In this document: piece by piece, positions 35,801-48,126 of the stretch | Numbering within the stretch: the first letter of the stretch is position 1 | How the letters are laid out: each line of letters opens with the position of its first letter | Source: Mobula hypostoma | Lineage: Eukaryota | DNA length: 64,000 nt | Assembly (NCBI RefSeq): GCF_963921235.1 | Contig: NC_086108.1 | Coordinates: 71,674,001 to 71,738,000 of the forward strand | Direction: 5' to 3' | Program-made: the position numbers and the translations under genes | Notes under the pieces: model-generated | What the model saw: the letters and a program-made list of their open reading frames with translations, nothing else | Databases searched by the model: none | What the model was told of the DNA's origin: nothing

Positions 35801-37617
35801 AAAATTAAGGAAAACCCCACGGCATTCTACAAGTATGTGAAGAGAAAGAGGATAAGACGTGAGAGAATAGGATCAGTCAAGTGTGACAGTGGAAAAGTGT
35901 GTATGGAACCAGAGGAGATAGCAGAGGTACTTAATGAGTGCTTCAATATTCACAAGGGAAAAGGATCTTGGCGATCGTAGGGATGACTTGCAGCGGACTG
36001 AAAAGCTTGAGCATGTAGTTATTAAGAAAGAGGATGTGCTGGAGCTTTTGGAAAGCATCAAGTTCGATAAGTCTCCGGGACCGGACGAGATGTACCCCAG
36101 GCTACTGAGGGAGGCAAGGGAAGAGATTGCTGAGCCTCTGGTGATGATCTTTGCATCATCATTGGGGATGGGAGAGGTTCCAGAGGATTGGAGTGTTGTG
36201 GATGTTGTTCCCTTATTCAAGAAAGGAAGTAGAGATAGCCCAGGAAATTATAGGCCAGTGAGTCTTACTTCAGTGGTTGGTAAGTTGATAGAGAAGATCC
36301 TGAGAGGCAGGACTTATGAACATTTGGAGAGGCATAGTATGATTAGGAATAGTTAGCATGGCTTTGTGAAAGGCAGATCGTGCCTAATTGAATTTCTTTG
36401 TGGATGTGACTAAACACATTGATGAAGCTAGAGCAGTAGATGTAGTGTATATGGATTTCAGCAAGGCGTTTGACAAGGTACCCCATGCAAGGCTTATTGA
36501 GAAAGTAAGGAGGCATGGGATCCAAGGGGACATTGCTTTGTGGATCCAGAACTGGCTTGCCCACAGAAGCAAAGAGTGGTTGTAGACGGGTCATATTCTG
36601 CATGGAGGTCAGTCACCAGTGGTGTGTCTCAGGGATTTGTTCTAGGACCCCTACTCTTCGTGATTTTTTTATAAATGACCTGGATGAGGGAGTGGCAAGA
36701 TGGGTTAGTAAACTTGCTGATGACACAAAGGTTGGAGCTGTTGTAGATAGTCTGGAGGGCTGTCAGAGGTTACAGCGGGACATTGATAGGATGCAAATCT
36801 GGGCTGAGAAGTGGCAGATGAAGTTCAACCCAGGTAAGTGTGAGGTGGTTTATCTTGGTAGGTCAAATATGATGGTAGAATATATTATTAATGGTAAGAC
36901 TCATGGCTGTGTGGATGATTAGAGGGATCTTGGGGTCCGAGTCGATAGGATACTCAAAGCTGCTGCGCAGGTTGACTCTGTGGTTAAGAAAGCACATGGT
37001 GCATTAGCCCTCATCAATCGTGGAACTGAGTTTAGGAGCCGAGAGGTAATGTTGTAGCTATATAGAACCCTGGTTAGACCCCACTTGGAGTACTGTGCAC
37101 AGTTCTGGTCGCCCCACTATGGGAAGGGTGTGGAAACTATAGAAAGGGTGCAGAGGAGATTTGCAAGGATGTTGCCTGGATTGGGGAGCATACCTTATGA
37201 GAATAGGTTGAATGAACTCAGCCTTTTTTCTTGAAGCGACGGAGGATGAGAAGTGGCCTGATAGAGGTGTGTAAGATGATGAGAGGCATTGATCATGTGG
37301 ATAGTCGGAGGCTTTTTCCCAGGGCTGAAATAGCTAGCACGAGAGGGCACAGTTTTAAGGTGCCTGTAAGAAAGTACAGAGATGTCAGGGGTAAGTTTTT
37401 TGCACAGAGAGTGGTGAGTGTGTGGAATGGGCTGCCTGAGACGGTGGTAGAGGTGGATACAATAGGGTCTTTTAAGAGACTCCTGGACAGGTACATGGAG
37501 CTTAGAAAAATAGAGAGCTATGGGTAACCCTAGGTAATTTCTAAGGTAAGGACATGTTCGGCAGAGCTTTGTGGGCCGAAGGGCCTGTATTGTGCTGTAG
37601 GTTTTCTATGTTTCTAT
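32861..37617 (+). mobile_element. CR1 LINE, same family as 20985-24970, 5'-truncated in ORF1, interrupted by a Tigger
   Basis: [52 protein letters not shown] tail. Confidence 0.95.
34238..35392 (-). mobile_element. Internally deleted Tigger/pogo DNA transposon
   Basis: TA TSDs (34236-37, 35393-94); imperfect TIRs CAGGTTTCTCCCGCCATCCGAA / CAGGTGTCCCCCGCTTTTCGAA; transposase N-terminus MSSKVSEKPKRARKGVTLSVKLDIIKRFDRGE next to C-terminal EDDVEEVLASHDQELTDEELMQLE. Confidence 0.92.
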
Positions 37618-37705
37618 CTCTTTACTTTCTCTGCAACCATTAATATGTTGTTTTTCCTCCTTCATGTAGTCATGATATAATGGAACTTTTGGGACAGAGT
37701 TGGCA

Positions 37706-38578
37706 TTTACTTTACTTTCTACTTTATTATCACCAAACAATTGATACTAGAACATACAATCATCACAGCGATATTTGATTCTGCGCTTTCCGCTCCCTGG
37801 ATTTTAAATATTAAAAATTAATAAATATTAAAAATTTAAATTATAAATCATAAATAGAAAATAGGAAAATGGAAAGTAAGGTAGTGCAAAAAAACCGAGA
37901 GGCAGGTCCGGATATTTGGAGGGTATGACCCAGATCCGGGTCAAGATCCGTTCAGCAGTCTTATCATAGTTGGAAAGAAGCTGTTCCTAAATCTGGCCGT
38001 ACGAGTCTTCAAGTTCCTGAGCCTTCTCCCGGAGGGAAGAGGGACGAAAAGTGTGTTGGCTGGGTGGGTCGTGTCCTTGATTATCTTGGCAGCACTGCTC
38101 TGACAGTGTGCGGTGTAAAGTGAGGCCAAGGACGGAAGATTGGTTTGTGTGATGTGCTGCGCCGTGTTCATGATCTCCTGCAGCTTCTTTCGGTCTTGGA
38201 CAGGACAACTTTCAAACCAGGTTGTGATGCATCTAGAAGAATGCTTTCTATGGTGCACCTATAAAATTTAGTGAGGTTTTTAGGGGACAGGCCAAATTTC
38301 TTTAGTTTTCTCAGGAAGTAAAGGTGCTGGTGGGCCTTCTTGGCAGTGAACTCTGCTTGGTTGGACCAAGTCAGGTCATTTGTGATATTGACCCCGAGGA
38401 ACTTAAAGCTTTTGACCTGTTCCACTTGCGCACCACCGATGTAAATTGGGTCGTGCGGTCTGCTACTCCTTCTGAAATGAACAACAATTCCTTCGTCGTT
38501 GAGGGATAGGTTATTGTCTTCGCACCATGCCACCAGGTTCTTAATTTCCTCTCTGTACTCAAACTCATCATTATTCAT
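37706..38578 (-). mobile_element. 5'-truncated Rex1/Babar LINE
   Basis: Near-identical reverse complement of 57630-58500. Confidence 0.92.
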
Positions 38579-38912
38579 CAACTACTGAACTTCTAGATTG
38601 TTTTCTTTCTTTAGTACTGTAGTTAGTGTTTGCATTATTACTTGGCTTTAAAACTGTTGCACTTGCCTATGTTGTGACATTGAGGTCAAAAACGTGGCAT
38701 TGAGTCTCTGGTTATGGATAATGAATAACTCTTGCTTGTTCTCCTTCTATAAAGAAATGCTTAAATATGATTCAATTGCAGGAAATGACTCCTTAGTAAA
38801 TCTATATAGTGAAGATTATACTGTTAAATGTTGAATTGATGATGCTGATTTTGTGTTGTCTATCATTGGCTTATACTGATTGTCTAAAAATTACAGTAAT
38901 TCTATTTTTCAG

Positions 38913-39022
38913 TGCTTGCACATCTGGGACCTAGATGTCCGAGGTAACCACAAGGGTATGTGGAGGCTGTTCAGAAAAAAGAACCACTTGCTTGTTGTGG
39001 GGACACCTTCCTCTCCTTATTC
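38913..39022 (+). CDS. POMGNT1: POMGNT1 exon (110 nt): [37 protein letters not shown]
   Basis: tttttcag| and |gtaagt; peptide match. Confidence 0.98.
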
Positions 39023-39268
39023 GTAAGTCTCATTCTCTCATTAAGCCAGTTTTAAATTGAAGCATTTCTTTTATATGATTCTTTACGGTTTACTTGAGAA
39101 GTTTCTGATCAGTTGGAAGATTTTGTTTTAAAGTTAAATGAGATATAACCAATTTTCAGTGACTACATGCAGTTGAATTTTGCTGTGTATAAGCCTCTTC
39201 ATAGAATAAAACATTTTCCAAATGTCTTATTGATATCTTCAGGACATTTCTTTCTTTTTTTTAAACAG

Positions 39269-39341
39269 GGAAAATAAGCCTGCATCTGTTATGCCAATAT
39301 ATCTTGAGCCACCTCCAAAGGAAGATGTGGAAATGAACTGA
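39269..39341 (+). CDS. POMGNT1: POMGNT1 last coding exon: ENKPASVMPIYLEPPPKEDVEMN*
   Basis: Strong polypyrimidine tract ..aaacag|; matches KP.SV.PI.LEPPPKE; TGA at 39339-39341. Confidence 0.95.
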
Positions 39342-39575
39342 AGGGGACAATCAAGAAATTTAATAATGACGTTCTTGACTACTTTATACCACTATATTTA
39401 ATGTACTGTTATCATGATGTTTACATGTTAAATGACCTGCTTCAACAAAAGAAAACAAAGTTAGAAATGGCTAATACTTGATTAATTGTAAAGCTATTAT
39501 AGATTTTAGTTTTATAAATTATGGATTGATATATTTATTTTACCTGAATGCTGAAACCACATTTTCTGAAATATT

Positions 39576-40460
39576 AGAACATAAGAAGATAAGAAACAGG
39601 AGCAGGAGTAGGCCATCTGGCCTGTTGAGCCTGCGCTGCCATTCAATAAGATCATAGCTGATCGGGCCATGGTCACCTACCAGCCTTTTTTCCATTACCC
39701 TCAATTCCTCTACTATGCAAATACCTATCCAACCTTGTCTTGAATATATTTACTGAGGTAGCCTCCACTGCTTCATTGCGCATAGAATTCCATAGATTTA
39801 CCACTCTGGGAAAAGCAGTTCCTCTTCATCTTTGTCCTAAGTCTACTCCCCTGAATCTTGAGGCTATGTCGCCTATTTTTTGTCTCACCTACCAGTGGAA
39901 ACAACTTTCCTGCCTCTATCTTATCTATCCCTTTCATAATCTTATATGTTTCTATAGGCTCTCCTCTCATTCTTTTGAATTCCAGTGAGTACAATCCCAG
40001 ATGACTCAAATCTCTTTTCAGTCTAACCCCCTCATCTCTGGAATCAACCTGGTGAACCTCCTCTGCACTGCCTTCAAAACCAGTATATCCTTCCTCAAGT
40101 AAGGAAACTGGAGTGATGCATAGTACTCCAGGTGCCTCAGCAGTAGCCTGTACAGTTGCAGCATAACTTCCCTGCTCTTAAATTCAACACCTCTGGCAAC
40201 AATGAAGGCCAACATTCCATTTGCCTTCTTGATGCCTGCAAACCAACCCTTTGCAATTTATGCACAAGCACTCCAAGTCCTTCTACACAGCAGTAATCTG
40301 CAATCTTTAACTGTTTAAATAATCTGCTCTTCCATTTTTCCTTCCAAAGTGGATGACCTTGCATTTACCAACATTGTACTCCATCTGCCAGACCCTTGCC
40401 CACCTTAGCCTATCTATATCTCTCTGCAGACTCTCCATATCTTCTGTACAATTAGCAATG
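39576..40460 (-). mobile_element. CR1 3' fragment in the POMGNT1 3' UTR/flank
   Basis: LGLYSLEFKRMRGE, VMLQLYRLL and WQMEYNVGKCKVIHFG on the minus strand. Confidence 0.9.
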
Positions 40461-41253
40461 CCAATCATGTGGTTAGATAGTTTAACTGATGTATCCAAGA
40501 GATAATGAATGGGGTTCTGATTTATTCAAGCTAAATGTTATTGTTGAATTTGACAAAACAGATTTCTTCAAGCTAGTGTATTTTCTTACACCACAAGTGT
40601 TTCTACTGTAATTATCTTGCTGTATTTTGTACAGATTGTTAGCCAGAATTTTATCTCAAAGCTTTATCATGTCTTCAAATTCTAGAATATGTTAAGTATT
40701 AAGTATGTAAGCTTTTGAGGTTTTGTTTTAAAAAAAGGGATTTGTTTATTGGGAGTAAAACTAAGAAAGAATGATCTAGTATCCTGCTGGACTGACATAT
40801 TTAAAAGAAAGCACTAACATTAAGGAGCAGGACAATCTAACATTAATTCTTGTTAACTGGAATTGCCAGGTTGTTATTTAATTAACCTCAACTTGGACTA
40901 ATTATTATTTCCTGACCTGTTTTATATAGAAGAGAAGTTTGTTTATTTGCTTATCTTGAATTGTGTTGTCCATTTATAAATAATTAATGTTTATATTTGT
41001 ATATAAAAGAAGCCAGTAAACTATTGGTACCTTTTCGAACCACAGTGTTGTTCTGGGCTGACAGAAAGCCATCTGAGCTCCTTGAATGTTTAAACCACTT
41101 ATTTCAAGCAGGTGCTTTTCCCTTTGTTTTATTTCTCCCATGTTGTACCCCAGCACAATGCCAACAGCAAATTGTATAGCTGAAGTTTTGTTTGCTTCAG
41201 AATGAGCTGCCTGATTCAAATTTACAAGATTATAAAACAGTAATCCTAATTTT

Positions 41254-41259
41254 AATAAA
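41254..41259 (+). promoter_or_regulatory. First canonical AATAAA I found after the POMGNT1 stop (candidate polyA signal)
   Basis: Seen directly; further AATAAA at 42935, 43095, 43336 and ~43840. Usage unknown. Confidence 0.4.
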
Positions 41260-44256
41260 ATGTTTTTAAAGCCTCATTAAAGCTGCTGATGGTTGATGGA
41301 ATGGTAGAGGTAGATTGTGGGCGAGGCCTAGAACATCATCCATTTCACACAACAAGCAATACAGTATATACTTGTTTGGTCTACAAAATTCTTAGCAAGA
41401 ATTTTTCAAAATGTAGTGTGGAGGATATTTAAACATGGCAAATTGATCAGTTCTTTGCTCGTTTCTGGTGAGAGAGAATATTTAACGCAAATTAATTATG
41501 TAGCATCCATCTATATTTTCCTGCAGTGCAGTATCCAGGCCAGTTCCATTCATAATCTGTTGCTGTTATTTTTAAAAATACACTAGAACTTGGAACCTCA
41601 TTGTAAAATGCTTACTTAATAGAATTTCGTCTACAGAATGATGAGGTGGACCTTTTTTTGTCTAAATTTTAGAGCTGACCTTTTGAGTTCTCGTTATCAA
41701 CAAGTCCCAGGTGGCAGTTGCTGTAGAAAGATCTATTTGGATAGTTGCTGAAAGACGTTATCTCCAAAAATATGTATACATCTACCAACAAGATAACAAA
41801 CAATACTCAAGATAATTGGACATTACTAATTTTAAAATGTTTCTTGTCATCTACTAATCCCTAATTTCAAAGTTTGTAGAAATGCTAGTTTTCAAACTGC
41901 CAAATTCATTGTGCCTCAGCTGAAGTAGCAATAAGATTTAATCATGTGTTAATCCTCAAGTTTTTATTACCTGTGGAAGCTATGTTGGAGTTTAGCAGTT
42001 CCTTATTCAACCTCTTCTGGAGCTTTAACTGCCATGGTGAATTTATCTCCCCATAACCTTCACAAATGATTCTCTGAATGATGAGCAGACAACACACTAG
42101 TACAGTTCCAATTCTTCAACCAGTTTGAAATTTAGAGTAGCAGAGACTCTCTTATAAGAATCCTTTGCAAAAAATGGATGATTCTATTCAACCTGAAATA
42201 GAAAAGACTTTTAATATTTTGTGCTTAACCCACTGAGGCAGATGAGAACCTAAACCTGCTTTGCCCTTGAAGTGAGTTGAAATAACTCTGCGGTAGTTAT
42301 CTTGCAATTGAATTGGATTGATTGTTCCAAAGATCTTGACCTAAATCATAAGGAGTGGGCCCCATGCAACATTTTCAATCTAACATCAAGCTAGCAAATC
42401 TAATAGTTACTTAAAGTTATTTGTTTGCCTCCAGACAATCTAGTGTTTGTATCAGAAGATGGCTACCAGATTTTGATTATTGACTAAGCATTATAATAAG
42501 TGGAAATTAGTATTAAACACCAGGAATATAAGCTACCAAATTTTGGACTAACTCTTCTAATGACGTTTGGGCAGTTTTTTCCCTTGTACCTTTGTGATTG
42601 TACTTTGTGGAAGGTGCTTTATAAATGCAGCTTTAGAAGTAGAATTAGAACAGTCTAAAAGGAGAATGTGTTTTGAACTAAGGCCACTGGAGCTCTTACT
42701 CTGCACTTGCTTCGTAGGCTAGTGTGAGAGAAAGTTTCTGCTACCTATTAGTATTCAGTTAATTGGGTCTGTTTCAATTTGACTCAGATCATCGTCAAAT
42801 TCAAATATTGAGTTTGACACTATGCACAGAGCAAGTTAAATTTGCTGATGTGAATTGATTGGCTCTGAACTGAGCTGTTGGTCACATTAACAGTAGTTAA
42901 TTACTCAAAGCTGCAAAGGTTGCTGCTTCTCATAAATAAAAAGTTCTCTCACAAATGTGTTGTCCTCAAAATGCGAGCATTTCTGAAGATCTATGCATTC
43001 TCTATACCTATCTCCATTGTGGCCTTTAGTTAACTTTGGTATTTCAGATACTAAAGCAATCCATTTCCTAATAGGGATCAGACTAGTTGACAACAATAAA
43101 GAGATTGCATTTTCATACATTCGATAGATTACTGCACTGTAAAGCTCCTTCACTGTAATGTTATCTGCACGATGAGCTTCAGTTGCATCTACAGCTTTAG
43201 ACTGCTTCCTTCAATACTTTAATTTGCTTAATGCAATGTCATTTCTTGCTACATGTACTAAACATAATGGAGGAAAAAGGATTGTGTAGGTCATGTTGTG
43301 ACTACAACCTACCATTAGCTTCGGATCAGCATTTGAATAAAACATTTTGTATATCGTAAATAAGCAGATGCTGACAATTAAACCGTATTGTATGTGTTTT
43401 CAGTATATCCTTCCTTCCATCGAAGATGTTTTTTATGTTTGTATTTTGCAAATGCATTTTTACTTGGTTGATGTTTCTTTCGGTCATCATACTACTTGTA
43501 GTGACTCGAATTAGCATTGTGAATCCAACTATTAAGAAGGGTAAACCATTTTGATGCGAACAATGTTAACTCAGTATAGTTTTAGCTTGACCTTGAATCT
43601 TGTTAGTTTAGGACTTGAGCCAGTGATTTTATACTTGTTATCTATAAACTTATCTAGCAATCAATTGGGGAAAGTTCTCATGTCCCACGTTGGAAATGCA
43701 AATAGCTGGATTGAGACAATTTTGATAAATTCAATCTAATTGGGGCTACCAATGAAACGAATTTGGGAGATGCGTGTCTGATTACATAATTTGGGGATTA
43801 TTTTTGAAGATAAAAAGTGCTACACATCAGGGACTGCCAAATAAAATTTAAAGACTGACTTCACAAGTTTCAGTGAGACATTTTAGAGGTTAAAACCTAA
43901 AGACTTATCTGAAGTCCAAAAATGTGCAAGACTGTCTGCAATACTTGTTACCTTTCGTTTTGTGTGCCTAGCAATCCCCCCCCCCCACCTTTCTACTCAT
44001 TTTACACTCATGATTGTGTGGTTAAGCACAGCTCCAAGCCATATGACACCACTATCAAAGGCCGTGATGAATCAGCGTATAGGAGGGAGATTGGAAATGT
44101 GGCTGGAGAGGGTCAGCAACTTTAAATTCCTCGGTATCATTTCAGAAGACCTGTCCTGGGCCCAGCACGTAATTACAAAGAAAGGACAGCAGCATCTCCA
44201 CTTTCTTAGGAGTTCACGAAGATTTGGCATGACATCGACAACTTTATACAAGTTTG

Positions 44257-44695
44257 TTGTATACATACATCTATTGATGCTTCTGGACACATCTTCAGTG
44301 ATGTTCCTGGAATCATCGGGTGTTTCGAGTCTTTCAACATCATACAACCTCCTCTAGGTGACCCAGCCGGGGCTGATCAGACCCCAGCTTTGGTCCAGAT
44401 GGCTAGCTACTTATGACTCCATGGCTCCCCTCTTTTGAGCCACAGCCATCTTGAGGCCCTCTCTGCCGCATCAGTGGTACTGCAGATGGCTCTCCTCTTC
44501 CTCTCTCCCTCAATGCCCAAAATGCTGAAGGCTCTAACTAAAGAATGGGCTACGAATCCCCTACAACCAACCTCCACTGGGACAATAATTGTTGTCATGG
44601 CTTGCGGCTTCCTATCAACCCCTCCCTTCGCCGTTGCCTCCAGAGTTTGGTTAATATCTTCATCACACTGCTTCTACAGTGAAGTCATGTTGTCA
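44257..44695 (-). mobile_element. 3' fragment of an RLE-type non-LTR retrotransposon (Hero/NeSL-like)
   Basis: PVEVGCRGFVAHSL...AERASRWLWLKR, typical of a restriction-like endonuclease C-terminus, followed by a 3' UTR ending in a TATG repeat. Confidence 0.75.
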
Positions 44696-44921
44696 GATCT
44701 ATGGTGGAGAGTATATTGCCTGGCTGGATCACAGCCTGGTAGAAACACCAATGCCCTTGAATGGAAAAGCCTACAAAAAGTAGTGGATAAGGCCCAGTTG
44801 ATCACAGGTAAAGCCCCCCCCCATCACTGAGCTCATGTACACTGAACATTGCAAAAAAGCAGTAACTGTCATCGGGAATCCCCACAACCTCGGTAATGCT
44901 TTCTTCTCACTGTTGCCATCA

Positions 44922-45452
44922 ATGTATGGGGTGTCAGGGAGGGGTAGCACCTCTGGTGGGGGAACATGTCATGTCCTTCGCAAGGCGGTTAGTCCACCTT
45001 CGGTCCCCACCTGGCACTCAGCTCTCACCTGTGGCTCCCCGTAGCTGTTCGCATGCGATAGCAGCCACACCCCGGGCAATGGCTTCTACAAGCCGGCTAA
45101 ACCAGGCGAGGATAGCCGACGGGTCTCAAACCCTCAGTGAGATAGGGAGTTGCCTATCCCAGCATGTGAAGACAGAGTCCGGCGGATTGAGCGGACGAGA
45201 CCTATGGAAGGTCCAACGGTCAAGAAGGTGGTCTCTGCAAGCGTCGTGGAACGTGTAGAGCAGGACAAGACAGAAGACGTCCTGGTCATCCACTGCATCT
45301 TATCCCATCTCCAGCCGTCTTGCCACTGGATCCAGATGGGAATTGAGAAGAGAAAGTGAGGCTTTCCCTCACTTAAATCCAAATCGCGCGCTAGTCTCGA
45401 CACCATCATAATAGCATCGAGGTCCTCAGGGACATCGACGATGGATGAACAC
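44922..45452 (+). mobile_element. Non-autonomous ~530-bp retroposon, probably RTE-derived
   Basis: Flanked by TSD TGCCATCA (44914-21 / 45453-60); internal similarity to 59530-59765. Confidence 0.6.
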
Positions 45453-45759
45453 TGCCATCAGTAGGAAGGTACAGCAACCTCAGGACTCACGTGACTAGGT
45501 ATGGGGACAGTTATTACCCCTCAACCATCAGGCTCTTGAATCAAATGGAATAAATTCACTCAACTTCACCTGCCCCATTATTGAAGTGTTCCCAGAATTT
45601 ATGGACTCACTTTCAAGTACTCTTCATCTCATGTTCTCGATATTTATTGCTTATTTATTTCTTTTTGTATTTGTACGGTTTGTTATCTTTTGAACACTGG
45701 TAGAACACCTCAGTTGGTGTCTTTTACTGATTTTATTATGGTTATGGATTTATTGAGTA

Positions 45760-46637
45760 TGGTGGTGTTGTAGATAGTGTAGAGGATTGTCGCAGATTGC
45801 AGAGAGACATTGATAAGATGCAGAAGTGGGCTGAGAAGTGGCAGATGGAGTTCAACCCGGAGAAGTGTGAGGTGGTACACTTTGGAAGGACAAATTCCAA
45901 AGCAGAGTACAAAGTAAATGGCAGGATACTTGGAAGTGTGGAGGAGCAGAGGGATCTGGGGGTACATGTCCACAGATCTCTGAAAGTTGCCTCACAGGTA
46001 GATAGGGTAGTTAAGAAAGCTTATGGAGTGTTAGCTTTCATAAGTTGAGGGATAGAGTTTAAGAGTCGTGGGGTAATGATGCAGTTCTATAAGACTCTGG
46101 TTAGGCCACACTTGGAGTACTGTGTCCAGTTCTGGTCGCCTCACTTTAGGAAGGATGTGGAAGTATTGGGAAGGGTACAGAGGAGATTTACCAGGATGCT
46201 GCCTGGTTTAGAGAGTATGCATTATGATCAGAGATTAAGGGAGCTAGGGCTTTACTCTCTGGAGAGAAGGAGAATGAGAGGAGACATGATAGAGGTATAC
46301 AAGATTTTAGGAGGAATAGATAGACTGGACAGCCAGCGCCTCTTCCCCAGGGCACCACTGCTCAATACAAGAAGACATGGCTTTAAGGTAAGGGGTGGGA
46401 AGTTCAAGGGGGATATTAGAGGAAGGTTTGTTACTCAGAGAGTGGTTGGTGCGTGGAATGCACTGCCTGAGTCAGTGGTGGAGGCAGATACACTAGTGAA
46501 ATTTAAGAGATTAGTAGACAGGTATATGGAGGAATTTAAGGTGAGGGGTTATATGGGAGGCAGGGTTTAAGGGTCAGCACAACATTGTGGGCCGAAGGGC
46601 CTGTAATGTGCTGTACTATTCTATGTTCTATGTTCTA
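45760..46637 (+). mobile_element. Relatively young CR1 3' fragment
   Basis: Nearly open frame WAEKWQMEFNPEKCEVVHFG..LEYCVQFWSP; (TTCTATG)n tail. Confidence 0.93.
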
Positions 46638-47619
46638 AAATGAATCTCAGGATTTTATATGGTGGCATATTGTATTTTGATAATAAACTTACTTTGAACT
46701 TATGCTGCAGTGCCTCTTACACCAAGTTCTTGTACTGAATCAACTGCAGCCTTGCTTTGAAGGGTTATTTCCTAATTTTAAGCAGATTTCTTGAGCTAGA
46801 GGTTATTCTTTGAAAATGGGTGTTTTGCCAGGCGAATTAAATGGTCCTACACAAATTACCCATTGTAATTCATGAGTCTTTGCAGGATCCAAGTAATCAA
46901 AATTGACTTTGCCTTTGCTTTCCAGCATTTATTTGTGATAAGCCAAATATAATTTGTGACAATTGATTGTTTCTTGATTGACATCCATTGATCAACCAGT
47001 AAGTGCCATCTACAATAGTTAATTGCCTATACTATATCAACAACAGCTTCCAAACCACTAATGTTGCCACAAAAAAAAAATGAGCAGTACATATTTGGGA
47101 ATGCCACCACCTACAGATTTTCCTCCAAATCACACACCATCCTGCATAATTTGGAAATATGAAAAAAAAGTAAAAGTAAGTCTTTTCATCTCTCTCTGGG
47201 GCAAAATAATCACGATTTCTTTGTGCTTCTATGAAAAATTGTTCTGACCATTGCATTAATTTCTGATCTTGTTCATGGATGACTTTGTGCCTCCCAGCTA
47301 AAGAATCTTGACCACTGGATGGTCTATTGAAGGCAGTGTTCCACCATCTGTACCAACAGTCACCAGTCCAGAACAAGTTTATCCCACTGCATTGCAGGAG
47401 AGAAAAACATTGCAAGCACTCACCACAAGATCAAACCCGCTTTATGAATTACAAAAGGTATCTGCACCAACAGTATTTAAATACAAGATTCAATGGTATT
47501 AAATGACTTCAATAGTCATTCTCATATTTCATTAATATAAGATGCCTTTAATGTGGAGAAATGTGATGTGCTTCATTTAGAGGAATCAAAAGGCTGAATA
47601 GAGACTGCAAATAGGTAAA

Positions 47620-48125
47620 GACCACAGAACAATGCAGCATTTGGTGCCGTTGTCATGCAATCTATGTAAATTTATTCAACCCTTCCCTCATACACGGGTC
47701 CGAGCCCTGCCTTTTTTTCACATTCAGTTGCCTTTCCATGAGCCTTTAGATGTCTCCATCGTATCAGCCTCTATCATCACCCCGGTAGTACTTTCTATGT
47801 ACCCACCAACTTATGTAAAAAAAATACACACAAACCAACTTCCTCTGACATCTCCTTAAACTTATCTCCACACCTTTACTCTCCTTAAACAGATGATCTG
47901 GGAAAAAGGTGCTGGCTGGATTATGTCTCTCATATTATACACCTTCAGGTCACGTCTCATCCTCCGTTGCTCAAAAGAGAAAAACCTTAGCTTGCTCATA
48001 AGACATGTTCTCTAATCCAGGCAGCATCCTGGAAAAATCTCCTCTGAATCTTCTCTAAAGCTTCCGCATCCTTCCTATAAATGAGATGACCAGAAATGAA
48101 CACAGTACTCCAAGTAGGGTCTAGC
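47620..48125 (-). mobile_element. Older CR1 3' fragment
   Basis: Reverse LEYCVHFWSS motif and decayed 3' end. Confidence 0.7.
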
Positions 48126-48126
48126 C

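Larger units (their letters stand above)
43960..46700 (+). mobile_element. Degraded Rex1 3' fragment hosting three younger insertions
   Basis: YTHDCVVKHSS, ERVSNFKFLGI..EDLSW, KSLQKVVDKAQ; Rex1-type tail resumes at ~46638-46700. Confidence 0.75.

Noticed and set aside
45225..45258. SWNV as an RTE endonuclease start motif
   Set aside because: Not conserved in the related copy at ~59615 and followed immediately by a stop.
47032..47502. Overlapping plus and minus ORFs with splice-like sites
   Set aside because: No recognisable protein; the minus-strand donor-acceptor spacing (~37 nt) is too short for an intron.
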